From contig JBNKHE010000006.1 of NCBI GenBank assembly GCA_050290185.1, positions 1-64,000 on the forward strand: 64,000 nt of DNA, given 5' to 3'. The notes below the pieces were generated by a model. The model did not search any database. It was not told the origin of the DNA and saw nothing but the letters and a program-made list of their open reading frames with translations. Below are positions 20,225 to 31,197 of this stretch, one piece after another. Source of the stretch: Pontiella sp. (GTDB lineage Bacteria > Verrucomicrobiota > Kiritimatiellia > Kiritimatiellales > Pontiellaceae). A program made the translations under genes and the position numbers. Within the stretch, counting starts at the first letter, position 1. Each line of letters begins with the position of its first letter.

Positions 20225-21832
20225 TTAGGACAGGGATTCCACGGCGGCGCGCTCAATGGCCAGACCTTTGTGGTAGCATTCAAAGAACGTGTTGAATCCT
20301 TCCACGTCCTTCGGATCGGGCTTGACCGCTTCGCCCATGCTTCCGGCAAAGATCGGGTCCAGGAATTCCGGCAAGGATTCGTCATCCTTCTTGTTCACCA
20401 TGTATGCCGCCAACAGGGCGATGCCCCATGCGCCGCCTTCGCCGGCGGTTTCAAGCGTGGAAACCGGGGTGTTCGTTGCCGCGGCCATGATGCGCTGCCC
20501 GACCCCCTCGGTCTTGAAGAAACCGCCATGCCCGCGGATTTCATCCACTTCAACACCTTCATCGACCATCAGGATGTTCAGGCCGGTGCGCAGGGCGCAC
20601 AGCGCCGAATACATGTGGGCCCGCATGAAATTGGCCAAGGTAAAGCTGCTGCCCTGTGAACGGGCAAACAGCGGCCGGCCTTCGCTGAAACCGGTGATGT
20701 GCTCGCCGGACAGGTAGCCATAGGAAAGCAGTCCCCCGCAATCCGGATCACCGTCCGCCGCCGCTCCCAGCAGGGTGTCGTACAGCTGAGGGGTTGAAAA
20801 ATCCGCACCCAGCGCCTTGGCGGCTTCGCCCAGCACGTCGATCCAGGCATTGTAGTCCGACGTACAGTTGTTGGAGTGGGCCATGCCGACCAGCTTGCCG
20901 TCCGGCGTGGTCACCAGATCCAGCTCGTGATGAGCCTTCGACAACTCCTTTTCCAGCACCAGCATCGCGAAGACCGAGGTCCCCGCCGAAACATTGCCCG
21001 TGCGAACCGCGACACTGTTGGTAGCCACCATGCCCGTACCGGCATCACCTTCCGGCGGACAAAGCGGAATGCCTGCTTCCAGATTGCCGGCCGGATCCAG
21101 CAGCTTGGCACCCTCCGCCGTCAGCTCACCGGCGTTTTCACCGGCATCCAGTACCTTCGGGAGCAGATCCTTCAGCTTCCAACCCAGGTTTTCGCCTGCA
21201 AACTTCGCGTCAAACTTAGTCAGGAAATCTGCGTTGTAGTCCTGGGTCTTGATATCGATCGGGAACATGCCGGATGCTTCGCCGACACCCATCACCTTTT
21301 CGCCGGTCAGTTTCCAGTGGATGTAGCCGGCCAGCGTGGTGGCGTGGGCAATCTTGTCGACATGTGCTTCCTTGTTGAGAATCGCCTGGCCGATGTGGGC
21401 GATGCTCCAGCGCTGGGGAATCGGATAGTCAAACAGCGCGGTAAGTTCCTCCGAAGCCTGACCCTGCATGTTGTTGCGCCAGGTCCGGAAAGGTACCAAC
21501 TGGTTGCCTTCCGCATCGAACACCATGTAGCCATGCATCATGGCGCTGAACCCAATGGCTTTCACCGTTTTAATGGTGACACCATATTGCGATTCCACAT
21601 CTTTCTGAAGCTCGGAAAAGCTGGCCTGAATTCCCGACCACACCTCTTCCAACGGATAGGTCCAGATGCCGTCTTCCAGTGTGTTTTCCCAGCCATGTCC
21701 GCCCGATGCGAGGGGCATGCTGTCCGGACCGATCAGAACGGCCTTGATACGGGTCGACCCCAGTTCAATACCGATAACACCCTGCCCGTTCCGAATCTCT
21801 TCCGTAATCTGTGAAATATCTCTGTCCGTCAT
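20225..21832 (-). CDS. araB: FGGY-family kinase, AraB-like L-ribulokinase (Bacteroides/Firmicutes type)
   Basis: [58 protein letters not shown]. Confidence 0.9.
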   Translation of the reverse strand: MTDRDISQITEEIRNGQGVIGIELGSTRIKAVLIGPDSMPLASGGHGWENTLEDGIWTYPLEEVWSGIQASFSELQKDVESQYGVTIKTVKAIGFSAMMHGYMVFDAEGNQLVPFRTWRNNMQGQASEELTALFDYPIPQRWSIAHIGQAILNKEAHVDKIAHATTLAGYIHWKLTGEKVMGVGEASGMFPIDIKTQDYNADFLTKFDAKFAGENLGWKLKDLLPKVLDAGENAGELTAEGAKLLDPAGNLEAGIPLCPPEGDAGTGMVATNSVAVRTGNVSAGTSVFAMLVLEKELSKAHHELDLVTTPDGKLVGMAHSNNCTSDYNAWIDVLGEAAKALGADFSTPQLYDTLLGAAADGDPDCGGLLSYGYLSGEHITGFSEGRPLFARSQGSSFTLANFMRAHMYSALCALRTGLNILMVDEGVEVDEIRGHGGFFKTEGVGQRIMAAATNTPVSTLETAGEGGAWGIALLAAYMVNKKDDESLPEFLDPIFAGSMGEAVKPDPKDVEGFNTFFECYHKGLAIERAAVESLS

Positions 21833-21900
21833 CGATCTACCCCCTATTGCCTTAACCTTGAAACTTCAAACTCACCGCAACCGGCCCCACTCGACCCATC

Positions 21901-21925
21901 ACTTATAAAACATTGTTTCGTAAAC
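21901..21925. promoter_or_regulatory. Candidate ROK-family operator ACTTATAAAA-CATTG-TTTCGTAAAC
   Basis: 25-bp AT-rich imperfect palindrome between araB and the divergent ROK gene, shaped like ROK/XylR operators. Confidence 0.5.
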
Positions 21926-22101
21926 ACGCTTGTATGCCATATAAGTGGCGTATCGCTCAAATAGAAAAAACAAAAATATATATTTCCAGGCAGGTTTCAT
22001 ATTTTGACTGCTCATCGCAATAATCCACTGATTCCTTTACATTTACCACATGATCTGGCAGTAAAATTTCTTGTTTCTGTTAATCAAATGAATGGAATAA
22101 G

Positions 22102-23253
22102 ATGACGCCTATCAAAAAAAAGAATAGTTCGGGACAACCGAGGATTGTTAGACAGATCAATCTTCAGGCCGTGACACGACAGATGCGCCGCATGGAGCTG
22201 TTCTCCAAGATCGACCTTGCACGCGAGCTGGGAATCAGCACCACCACCATGACCAAGCTGTTCGCCCAGCTGGAGGGAACAGGGCTGATCGAAAGAAGTC
22301 CGGTCGAGGATACGTCTTTTGGCCGCCCGAAAATCTTATACCAGCTGTCTCCCTCCCTGCAGGTGGGCTCCATCGTGATCGACCTGCGGGACACGACCAT
22401 CTGCTTTTCCGATCTTCAGGGTAATATCAAGCCCGAAAACATGGTCAGATTTCCTACCGGCAACAATGCCGATGAGCTTTTTTCCCATATCGAACACGAA
22501 TTCAATGCACTTAAACAGAAGCTGAAGGCCCCATGCCAGACGATCGGGGTATGCATCCCCGGTCTGATCGAATCGGAAACCGGCCAGAGCATGCTTAATG
22601 CCAACCTGCATTGGCTGGAGGGCATTCGGCCCGCCGCCCGCATTTCACGAAACCTGGGCATTCCCGCATTCGTCATGCACGAAGAACGGGCACTGAGCCG
22701 GGCGCAACTGCGCACACCGGACACCACCAGCAACTATATCACCATGGACTTCAGTGCCGGCGTCGGCATGAGCGTGGTTGCAAACGGCGAACATATTTCC
22801 GGCGGGAGTGGCTACGCCGGCGAAATCGGCCATATCATCATGCAACCCGGAGGCAAGCAATGCGGGTGTGGAAACCGCGGCTGCCTTGAAACGATTGCTT
22901 CCGACCGCGCCTTCTACAGCGAACTCGATCTACCGCCGGAAGCAGCGATTGAACTGCTGATGAAAAAGGATGCCCGCGCCGTTAAAATTGCCGGTCACGT
23001 GCTTGAGTGGCAGGCAACAGGCATCGCAGCCGCAATCAATATTTTTAATCCAGACCGCGTGTTTGTGTATAGTCGGCTGGCTGATGCCTATCCCTACTAT
23101 ATCGAAGACATGCGGCGTGAAGTGGAAAAGCGAACCATCGGGCTTTCCTTCGAAAACTGCCGAATCCGGACTACCCACGAGGGAAAGCTGACCGGAGCCC
23201 TGCTGCTCACGATCGACCGCCTGATCGAGAAAACCACCAATCGTGTCGACTAG
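22102..23253 (+). CDS. ROK family transcriptional repressor
   Basis: N-terminal wHTH (SKIDLARELGISTTT...GRP) and GEIGH...CGCGNRGCLE signature. Confidence 0.92.
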   Translation: MTPIKKKNSSGQPRIVRQINLQAVTRQMRRMELFSKIDLARELGISTTTMTKLFAQLEGTGLIERSPVEDTSFGRPKILYQLSPSLQVGSIVIDLRDTTICFSDLQGNIKPENMVRFPTGNNADELFSHIEHEFNALKQKLKAPCQTIGVCIPGLIESETGQSMLNANLHWLEGIRPAARISRNLGIPAFVMHEERALSRAQLRTPDTTSNYITMDFSAGVGMSVVANGEHISGGSGYAGEIGHIIMQPGGKQCGCGNRGCLETIASDRAFYSELDLPPEAAIELLMKKDARAVKIAGHVLEWQATGIAAAINIFNPDRVFVYSRLADAYPYYIEDMRREVEKRTIGLSFENCRIRTTHEGKLTGALLLTIDRLIEKTTNRVD

Positions 23254-23271
23254 CGCAGCGGCAGAACGCGT

Positions 23272-24591
23272 TTAGTTTTTATCGAAGAATTTGCGCAGCG
23301 TGATCGGGTCCAGCGATTCGTCGAGACTGATATTGGCGGCGTCAAGAACCTCCTCCGTGACATCAATCTTCACAAGTCCAAGTTCATCCGGTGCCGCTCC
23401 ATCAGTAATCATCAGGTCGTAGATTTTCTTGGCGGAAACGTGCTCGGGAGCCTGGAGAATCGCGTAGCGCTCCGCCCCCTCGCTGGCAACGACACCCAGC
23501 AATCTCGCCCGCACCAACACCTCGACCACTTCGTTCATCAGGCGAATGGGAATGTTGTTTTCGCGCGCGAACTCCGTCGCACTGAACGAGGCCTCCGGCC
23601 CTTCAAAAATACGCACTGCCTCGCGCATGGCGGAAAACGCCACGGACAGCTTGGAAACCATGCTCGCCCGCACAGCCGCCTGCTCCTCCTGATAGGTCTT
23701 GCGGTTCTGAATCGCAAAAGCCAGCTCAGAACCGAACAACAGAATCATCCAACTCATCTGCAGCCAGAAAAGGAAAATTGGAATATAGGCAAAGGTCCCG
23801 TATATCTTGCCTAGTTTGGTTACGCCGATTCCCGCTTTTATCATCAGAATCTGCAACATGACCGCTAGAATTGCGCTCACGACAGCACCGCTAACCGCAG
23901 CTCTGAACGAAACCCTTGTGTTGGGAAGAAACATGAATATGGCAAGAAATGCCAAGCTGAGCACAAATACAGGCAACAAACGAATGCCGATGATCAGTAT
24001 GGGCCCCAACCAGGCCATTTTTTCCAAAAACGCCATGATCGTCGGCGTTGCCGCCGTCGACACCACCATCAGCGCGGGCGCGATTACCAGTACGGACAAA
24101 TAGTTGCGTACCTTGTCCGCTATGCCCCGCGAAGATTGCACGCCCCAAATCTGGTTGAACGATTCTTCGATGCCACTGAGCAACTTGAAAATAATGTATA
24201 GAAAAACCACACCGCCAATTGCGCCCAAACCCGCGGGATTGGTTACTTTCACAACCTCCAGAAGACGTGTGATGAAATCCTGAATCCCTTCCGGCATCTC
24301 GGTCGAAAGTTTCAGCAACGAATCCTCCGCCTTTGTAAAGCCGATCGCCTTGCCGATCGAAAAGAGGATCACCATAAACGGAACCATCGCCATGAGCGTG
24401 GAATAGGTCAATGCGGAGGCGTGGAGCTTACAGTTGTCATCCTTGACGCCTTTAAGTACCAGGTGGGTAACACGCAGACTCTCGACTCCGAAGGCGCGGA
24501 GTTTCGAATGATGCACCAGATCGATACGCCACAGGTCATGTTGCAGGAAGTGGATGAACTTCTTGATCCGCCCGATCAACTGTTTAGCCAT
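23272..24591 (-). CDS. YihY/BrkB family membrane protein with C-terminal winged-helix domain
   Basis: ASALTYSTLMAMVP, IEESFNQIWG, IYGTFAYIPIFLFWLQMSWMILLFGSEL. Confidence 0.88.
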   Translation of the reverse strand: MAKQLIGRIKKFIHFLQHDLWRIDLVHHSKLRAFGVESLRVTHLVLKGVKDDNCKLHASALTYSTLMAMVPFMVILFSIGKAIGFTKAEDSLLKLSTEMPEGIQDFITRLLEVVKVTNPAGLGAIGGVVFLYIIFKLLSGIEESFNQIWGVQSSRGIADKVRNYLSVLVIAPALMVVSTAATPTIMAFLEKMAWLGPILIIGIRLLPVFVLSLAFLAIFMFLPNTRVSFRAAVSGAVVSAILAVMLQILMIKAGIGVTKLGKIYGTFAYIPIFLFWLQMSWMILLFGSELAFAIQNRKTYQEEQAAVRASMVSKLSVAFSAMREAVRIFEGPEASFSATEFARENNIPIRLMNEVVEVLVRARLLGVVASEGAERYAILQAPEHVSAKKIYDLMITDGAAPDELGLVKIDVTEEVLDAANISLDESLDPITLRKFFDKN

Positions 24592-24948
24592 ACCGTCTCC
24601 AATCCATTGCCTTACCGACCACCGAAATGTAGGAAAACAACCATGATTTTTAAAGAGCAATCCATCCAGCGTTTTCAGCGCTGCATCTTCAACAGGATGT
24701 ACCGCATGACAAAAAACATGGAGACCGACGTGGAAACGGGACTGCGAACTGTTGATGAATAGAATCGGCGGGGTGTGTCCGTCTACCTAATTAAATGGGC
24801 GATGCCTTTTTCCGCAGCTCGGGCTTTTCGGCATGGCGCGCACCGGGCCAACGCGAGGCCGGCGTTATTTCGCGGGAAGGATCGTCTTCGTTCTTCAGCG
24901 CCTCTTCGCAAATATAATCCATCACGCCGTCAATGTTCACGATTGCTG

Positions 24949-25818
24949 TCAGAAGGAGAAGGAAAGACCGGCGTAGGGGCCGTCGAGCCAGTGGCCTTCG
25001 TGCTGCACCCAGAGCCAGCGGTAGCCCAGGCGCAGATGCGCAAACCTATGGCCCAGGCTGGCAGAAACATCGTAATCGCTCAACACCTTGTCGTTGATCA
25101 CCGCCCATGCCGGACGGAATTCAACACCAAACCAGTCGTTGGGATACAGCATAACGGGTACCGTCAGCGCCGGACCGTCCTGAATTTGATCGCCCTCGAT
25201 CGAATACCAGCCAAGACCTGCGCCAACCTGGAACGAACCCGGAAAATAGAAATCGTCGGACCCTCCGGTGCGTACCATGGCGTAGTACTGCTCGATATCC
25301 AGGTTTACGTTGGCAGCGTCCTCATATTGAGTCACGCGTCCGTAGAAGGCCAGATACTTGTAACCCGCTTCCAAAAGGAAATCGTTGGCATCAACGTCAC
25401 TGTCCAGATATTGCCAGCGGTAGTCGAAACGGACATAGGGCATTCCAACGGTTCCGATATTGTGTTGGAATCCGTCCCGCTCAGAAACATCATAATCATC
25501 TTCCGCAACCGAATCGCCCGGGGAGGCCACGACAAGGGAGTCCGCATCGGGCTTGGCCCACCAGTCGTACACGACATACTTTACACCACGATATGTTCCG
25601 TAGACCAAACCGATGAACACCGCACCAACAATCTCACCAACGACCCACGAATCGTCATCGTCGTTATCGTAATGGGAAGAACGCTTTGGCTGATCGGAAT
25701 GCGGAACCGGCTTAGCGACCGCATCCTCGAAATCGCTAAGCTGTCCCGCAAGAGAAGTCCCCAGCATAGCGAAGCATAAGAGCAACACGACCACGCTGTT
25801 ATCCTTGCGCATCCGCAT
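24949..25818 (-). CDS. Hypothetical exported protein, probable outer-membrane beta-barrel
   Basis: Signal peptide, alternating aromatic-rich strands, C-terminal YAGLSFSF. Confidence 0.6.
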   Translation of the reverse strand: MRMRKDNSVVVLLLCFAMLGTSLAGQLSDFEDAVAKPVPHSDQPKRSSHYDNDDDDSWVVGEIVGAVFIGLVYGTYRGVKYVVYDWWAKPDADSLVVASPGDSVAEDDYDVSERDGFQHNIGTVGMPYVRFDYRWQYLDSDVDANDFLLEAGYKYLAFYGRVTQYEDAANVNLDIEQYYAMVRTGGSDDFYFPGSFQVGAGLGWYSIEGDQIQDGPALTVPVMLYPNDWFGVEFRPAWAVINDKVLSDYDVSASLGHRFAHLRLGYRWLWVQHEGHWLDGPYAGLSFSF

Positions 25819-25822
25819 CGTC

Positions 25823-27499
25823 TTATCCCTGCAGTACCGCACCGTTGCTGGCATTAGTTGCCATCTTGGCGTAGCGCGAAAGCCAGCCGGAGGTGAAACG
25901 CGGCGCAGGCTCGGTCCAGTCCTTCTTGCGCTCGGCGAGTTCCTCGTCGGACAACTGAACCGACAGCTTGTTGTTCGGAATGTCGATTTCGATGATGTCG
26001 CCTTCGCGGATCAGTCCGATTGGCCCGCCTTCGGCGGCTTCCGGGGAAATATGGCCGATGCAGGCGCCGTGCGTCCCGCCGCTGAAGCGGCCGTCGGTGA
26101 TCAGTGCCACGCTGTCGCCCAGGCCCTGCCCCATGATGTACGAGGTCGGCGCAAGCATTTCCTGCATGCCCGGTCCGCCCTTCGGCCCTTCGTAGCGGAT
26201 CACCACCACGTCGCCGGCCTTGACCTTATCGGCCAGGATGCCTTCGCACGCTTCTTCCTGAGATTCAAAGATGACTGCCGGACCAGTATGCACCAGCATC
26301 TTGGGATCGACGCCAGCACTCTTGACCACGCAACCACCCTCGGCCAGATTGCCCCAGAGAATCGACAACCCGCCGGTCTGGCTGTAGGCGTTTTCGACCT
26401 TGCGGATGCAGGCTTCGTCTTTGCTTTCGCATCCGGCAATGTTTTCGCCAAGCGTCTTGCCGGTTACGGTGATGCAATCGGGATTCAATAGTCCCTCCCG
26501 CTTTGCGACTTCCGCGAGGATGGCGCTGATGCCGCCAGCCGCATGGACATCTTCGATGTGGTAGTTCGACGACGGAGAAACCTTACAGATGTTCGGACAC
26601 TTTTTGGAAACGGCGTTGATGCGTTCCAGGCTGTAATCCACCCCCGCCTCCTTGGCGATGGCGAGCGTATGCAACACGGTGTTCGTGCTTCCGCCCATGG
26701 CCATATCGAGCGCAAAGGCGTTGTCGAGCGATTCCTGCGTGACGATGTCGCGCGGGAGCGGGCCGTCGGCCTTCGCCATTTCAACAGCACGTTTGGCGGC
26801 GGCGCGCCACAGTTCCTTGCGGGCCGGGTCGATGGCCAGAATGGTTCCGTTGCCTGGTAGCGCGAGGCCGATGGCTTCGCAGAGGCAGTTCATCGAGTTG
26901 GCGGTGAACATGCCGGAGCAGGAACCCTGCGAGGGGCAGCCCTTGCATTCGAGTTCTTCGAGTTCCTCGTCGGAAATTTTTTCCTGTTTGCGCGCGGCAA
27001 CACCTTCGAAAACGCTGATGAGGTCGACGACTTTCCCTTCACCGGTCTTGCCGGCCTGCATCGGGCCACCGCTGGCAAAGATGGTCGGGATGTTGACGCG
27101 CATCGCACCCATGATCATGCCGGGGACGATCTTGTCGCAGTTCGGGATACAGATCATCGCATCGAAGGCATGGGCACCGATCATGGTTTCGACAGAGTCG
27201 GCGATCAGCTCGCGGCTTGGCAGGGAATACTTCATGCCGGAATGGCCCATGGCGATGCCGTCGCAGACGCCAATCATGTTGAATTCGATCGGCGTACCGC
27301 CCGCTTCGCGCACCGCTTGCCGGATAAAACGGCCGACTTCGTCGAGATGCGCGTGGCCGGGAATAACCTGATTGAAGGAGTTGCAGATGGCGATGAACGG
27401 CTTCTGGATGTCTTCCGACGACATCCCTGTTGCCCGCATCAGACTGCGGTGCGGTGCCCGTTCCAAACCTTTTTTCGTCTTGTCGCTGCGCATGGTCAT
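25823..27499 (-). CDS. ilvD: Dihydroxy-acid dehydratase
   Basis: [55 protein letters not shown]. Confidence 0.97.
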   Translation of the reverse strand: MTMRSDKTKKGLERAPHRSLMRATGMSSEDIQKPFIAICNSFNQVIPGHAHLDEVGRFIRQAVREAGGTPIEFNMIGVCDGIAMGHSGMKYSLPSRELIADSVETMIGAHAFDAMICIPNCDKIVPGMIMGAMRVNIPTIFASGGPMQAGKTGEGKVVDLISVFEGVAARKQEKISDEELEELECKGCPSQGSCSGMFTANSMNCLCEAIGLALPGNGTILAIDPARKELWRAAAKRAVEMAKADGPLPRDIVTQESLDNAFALDMAMGGSTNTVLHTLAIAKEAGVDYSLERINAVSKKCPNICKVSPSSNYHIEDVHAAGGISAILAEVAKREGLLNPDCITVTGKTLGENIAGCESKDEACIRKVENAYSQTGGLSILWGNLAEGGCVVKSAGVDPKMLVHTGPAVIFESQEEACEGILADKVKAGDVVVIRYEGPKGGPGMQEMLAPTSYIMGQGLGDSVALITDGRFSGGTHGACIGHISPEAAEGGPIGLIREGDIIEIDIPNNKLSVQLSDEELAERKKDWTEPAPRFTSGWLSRYAKMATNASNGAVLQG

Positions 27500-27593
27500 A
27501 CCTTTCATTTTCAAAAGTTGTGAATGGGCCGCACTTTATACATGCAGAGAGGGGAAGTAAACCAAGCGGGCAGGGAAAATGGCGAGCATCCAT

Positions 27594-27612
27594 CCGCGAT
27601 CACGGATCGCGG
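27594..27612. other. Perfect GC-rich hairpin between the APC-EIIA gene and ilvD
   Basis: CCGCGATC-ACG-GATCGCGG; no U-tract. Confidence 0.4.
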
Positions 27613-27704
27613 TGACAGTGTAATGCGGGGTTGATCGGCTTCCTATACCACGCCGGCGGCAGGAATCGACTGAATTCCATCGTTCATGCAAGGCCGATCG
27701 GCCG

Positions 27705-29564
27705 CTACTCTTCCGGGTTCGGATGCTCCGCGTCTTCGTGCAGCAGGGCCTTCAGACTGTCCAACGAGTCGGCGCGGATCCAGTCGTCCAGAAAACTCGG
27801 GCTTTCGGCCCGCCGGGCGATCTCGGCCAGGAAGCGCAGGTGCTGCGTCGGGTTGCTGCGTGCGCCCAGCAACAGGAATACGGCGTGGATGTTCTGGCCC
27901 GACATAGGAAACGGTATTCCTTCGATACTGCGCGCGGCCACCATATGGAAGTCCTCGACATCGTTGAGCAGGAGGTGCGGCAATGCGACGCCGGCGTCGG
28001 CGGGGGTTTCTCCCAGCCGGTTGCGTTCGAGCAGGGCACCGAGAATCAGGTCATGCGAAATGCCGCTTTTTTGCGCAAGCATGCGGGCTCCGCGGCGGAT
28101 CACCTCTTCGGAATCCGTTCCTGTTTCCAGCTCAATGAAATCCGCGGTCTGCACCAGCTGGAAGAAGGGATCGTCTTCGCGCAGCCCCTGCTCCTTCATC
28201 AGCTGGCGCAGTTCGGTGCGCAGCCCCATGGCGTCGGCGTCGCGTTCCAACAGGCGTTCTCCGAGCCGCTCGGCCATTTTTGCGACGGCCCCGACGCGCG
28301 GCGCCACACGGGAGGAAACGTACAGGTTGTACCAAACCACCCCGATCCCGATCAGGCCCATCGCAAAGATGCTTGGTAACAGCCCCATTTCGGGGATGAG
28401 CACCACGGAAATCAGGATACCAACCACCTGCACCCAGGGATAGAGCGGGCTCTTGAAGCGCGGATCGTAGCTTTCGATCCCGCTTTCGCGCATGACGATC
28501 ACCGCGATGTTTACAAAGGCGAAAACCAGCAATTGAAACGCGCTGGCCAACTTGGCTATGCGCTCGACACCGGCAAATGCGGCAAACAGCAACACCACGC
28601 CGGAGGTCATGAGGATGGCGTTCAGGGGCGTCTTGAAGCGGCAGAAACGGGAAAATGGATGGGGAATGACCCGGTCGCGGCTCATGGCCAGCAGATAGCG
28701 GCTGGCCGAAAGAATGCCGGCGTTGGCGGTTGTGGCAAAGGCTAACGCCGCGCCAAGATTGATCAGGTGTTTGCCGACCGCACCCAAGGCAATATCGGCG
28801 GCATCGGCGATCGGCGTGAGGGAGCCGTGCAGTTGCGCGGCCGGTACGATGCCAACGACCAGCGCTACGACCCCGGCGTACAGCGCCAGAACAATCCCCA
28901 GCGCGAGAAACATGCCGGCGGGAATGTTGCGACCCGGGTTTTTCACCTCTTCTGCGATGCTGGCCACCTTGGTCAGACCGATATAGCTGATGAAGACCAG
29001 TGCCACGGTCGGCAGCAGCGAAGCGCCTCCCTGGGGAGCGAAGGGAACGTAGAACTCGCGCCGAACCGAGGGCGCGCCGCGAACCAGCAGATAGACGAGA
29101 ATGGCCAGCAGCACACCGACCATGGCGACCTGCAGACTGGTCGTCTCCTTGGCACCGAAAATGTTGATTGCCATGAAAACCAGTCCGGCGACGATGGCGG
29201 TCAGCTGCATCGGCAGATGGAGGTAGACCGCCAGATACGCCCCGAGCCCAAGCAGCGCAATGCTCGTCTTCAGGATTAGCGCCAGCCAAACGCCGACGCC
29301 GTCGAGTGTGCCGAACATGCCGCCGAGGCTGCGGCTGACGAAAAAATAGGTGCCGCCGGCACGCGGCATGGCCGAGGCCATTTCCGCCATCGACAGCAGC
29401 GAGGGAATCAGCAGCAGCCCCGAAAGCACGTAGGCCACGATCGCCAGCGGCCCGGCCTTGGCGGCCGCGATGCCCGGAAGGACAAACAACCCGGAGCTGA
29501 TCATCGCCCCGCTGCAAATGGCGAATACATCCAGAAGCCCCAGTTGTTTCTTGAGCGTTTTCAC
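27705..29564 (-). CDS. APC-family amino acid permease fused to a C-terminal PTS EIIA (Ntr/Fru-type) domain
   Basis: GAMISSGLF, AEMASAMPRAGG, AEEVKNPGRNIP; C-terminal ERNRLGETPADAGVALPH...HLRFLAEIAR. Confidence 0.88.
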   Translation of the reverse strand: MKTLKKQLGLLDVFAICSGAMISSGLFVLPGIAAAKAGPLAIVAYVLSGLLLIPSLLSMAEMASAMPRAGGTYFFVSRSLGGMFGTLDGVGVWLALILKTSIALLGLGAYLAVYLHLPMQLTAIVAGLVFMAINIFGAKETTSLQVAMVGVLLAILVYLLVRGAPSVRREFYVPFAPQGGASLLPTVALVFISYIGLTKVASIAEEVKNPGRNIPAGMFLALGIVLALYAGVVALVVGIVPAAQLHGSLTPIADAADIALGAVGKHLINLGAALAFATTANAGILSASRYLLAMSRDRVIPHPFSRFCRFKTPLNAILMTSGVVLLFAAFAGVERIAKLASAFQLLVFAFVNIAVIVMRESGIESYDPRFKSPLYPWVQVVGILISVVLIPEMGLLPSIFAMGLIGIGVVWYNLYVSSRVAPRVGAVAKMAERLGERLLERDADAMGLRTELRQLMKEQGLREDDPFFQLVQTADFIELETGTDSEEVIRRGARMLAQKSGISHDLILGALLERNRLGETPADAGVALPHLLLNDVEDFHMVAARSIEGIPFPMSGQNIHAVFLLLGARSNPTQHLRFLAEIARRAESPSFLDDWIRADSLDSLKALLHEDAEHPNPEE

Positions 29565-29567
29565 CGT

Positions 29568-29903
29568 CTATTCCGAAATCGACTGCTTCCAGCCCCAGTG
29601 ATCGGCCTCGAACGACTGGAAGGTCACATAAATCCGCTCGCAGGGAATGCCTAGGTGATCGTTGAGCAGAATGCAGATTTTCATGGTGAGTTCGTGGTTC
29701 ACGAACCGATCGAGCCCGCCGACGCTCTTAACCTCAGCATAGGCCACGTCCCCCCTGCTAGCCCCCATCAACATTTCCCGTTGATCAAAGAGAACCATTA
29801 CGCTTGCTTCCGGCTCTCCGAGAACAAGGGCAACGGCAGACGAAAGCTGTTTGAGCAACTTTTCGGGAACCTCTCTGGAACACATCAACTTGAGCAATGA
29901 CAT
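29568..29903 (-). CDS. MIF/phenylpyruvate tautomerase-like protein (starts MS, no Pro-1)
   Basis: LSSAVALVLGEPEASVMV, EVKSVGGL, LGIPCERIYVTF...WGW pattern; AGGAG SD. Confidence 0.75.
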   Translation of the reverse strand: MSLLKLMCSREVPEKLLKQLSSAVALVLGEPEASVMVLFDQREMLMGASRGDVAYAEVKSVGGLDRFVNHELTMKICILLNDHLGIPCERIYVTFQSFEADHWGWKQSISE

Positions 29904-30060
29904 GGCCAACTCCTTTCACATCAACCGGAAGCGCCTGATTGCCCCCGGCAACGCTGTGAATATACACCTTGCCGGCATGCGGGGCAACAACGGAGATACG
30001 GCCCAAGATCGGGCCGACTCAACTTGACTGCCCTTTCGCGACCCCCTACCCTCCAACCCC

Positions 30061-30492
30061 GTGAAAACCCTGTTGAAGAACATCCTCCCCACACAACGGC
30101 TCGGCATCGAAGTCGTCGCCTGGAACGGCCAACGCATCGAATTGGGTGCTCCGCTGGCCAAGAACCTGAACGACAAGGGGTCGGCGTTTGCGGGCAGCAT
30201 CGACTCGCTGCTGGATCTGGCCGGCTGGAGCGCGGTCACCCTGGCCCTGCGCGAAACCGGAATCGATGCCGACGTCATGATTGTGAAAAGCGAAACGGAA
30301 TATACGTCCGCCGTCCGGGCGGACATGGTTGCTTGTGCCCAGCTTGTAGAAAGCGAAAGAACGCGCATCTTACAAGAGTTAAGGACAACGGGCCGCAGCC
30401 GGATCGCCCTGCAATGCCATTTGTTAGCCGGCGGACAAACCTGTGCAACAATGAACGCGGGGTATGCCATTATTGCGGGGAAATCCCGATGA
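30061..30492 (+). CDS. YiiD C-terminal-type hotdog-fold thioesterase domain protein
   Basis: APLAKNLNDKGSAFAGS...LAGW motif; stop overlaps the next start (ATGA). Confidence 0.75.
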   Translation: MKTLLKNILPTQRLGIEVVAWNGQRIELGAPLAKNLNDKGSAFAGSIDSLLDLAGWSAVTLALRETGIDADVMIVKSETEYTSAVRADMVACAQLVESERTRILQELRTTGRSRIALQCHLLAGGQTCATMNAGYAIIAGKSR

Positions 30493-30788
30493 ACGAGCAA
30501 AACCGGAACAAGACTGAGATACCCGAAACAAAGCATATGGCGGGGGCCGCCATTGGCTTCGGCACGTCCTTCGCCACCGGCATGGCGGTTTTTGCGCTGG
30601 GCGGCCATTGGCTGGATGTAAAAACCGGGCGCGAGCCCCTGTTTACCCTTCTCGGTATTTTTCTGGGGCTGGCTTATGGTGGATGGGAGTTGTGGAAGCT
30701 GATCGCGGTCCCGAACCGGCCCGCGGACGAAAAGACGTCCCGGCAGGATAAAAACGGAGGAAAGCACAATGATACACGCGAGTCCTGA
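30489..30788 (+). CDS. AtpZ/AtpI (ATPase gene 1) family protein
   Basis: GHWLDVKTGREPLFTLLGIFLGLAYG; position at head of the atp operon. Confidence 0.8.
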   Translation: MNEQNRNKTEIPETKHMAGAAIGFGTSFATGMAVFALGGHWLDVKTGREPLFTLLGIFLGLAYGGWELWKLIAVPNRPADEKTSRQDKNGGKHNDTRES

Positions 30789-31197
30789 GTTCATGACATC
30801 CGTTCGAAGCGTGTTGCCGGTCGCGGTTTTAGCGTTTACGGGCGGCTCGCTGCTGATTCATGAGCTTGATGATCATGATACCCCGAGAAAAGAACTATTT
30901 TATAGTTGGCTACTGGTTTTCTTTAATGCATATATCGCTATCTTTATAGCGAATCAGGCGTTGCGACCGAAAACCGCCGGATTTTATAGATGGGCCTTTC
31001 TGGGCAATGGAATTCGTTCCGTTGCCTTCTTGGTTTTTCTATTATGTATTTTGGAATGGGAAATATTGAATGTACGCGGGTTTGTGCTGAAGACGTTTTT
31101 CGGCTACTTCACGTTCCTCGTGGTACTGATTTATGGCCTTCATCATCATATGAAGAGTTTATCGCGGACAGCGCAGTGCGAACAAAAAAATGAGTGA
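30769..31197 (+). CDS. Four-TM membrane protein, probable ATP synthase subunit I-like
   Basis: Four hydrophobic segments; overlaps both neighbours inside the atp operon; AT-rich. Confidence 0.6.
   Translation: MIHASPEFMTSVRSVLPVAVLAFTGGSLLIHELDDHDTPRKELFYSWLLVFFNAYIAIFIANQALRPKTAGFYRWAFLGNGIRSVAFLVFLLCILEWEILNVRGFVLKTFFGYFTFLVVLIYGLHHHMKSLSRTAQCEQKNE

Noticed and set aside
28132..29517. 461-aa Arg-rich alternative-frame ORF inside the APC permease
   Set aside because: Composition is typical of an off-frame translation of high-GC coding DNA
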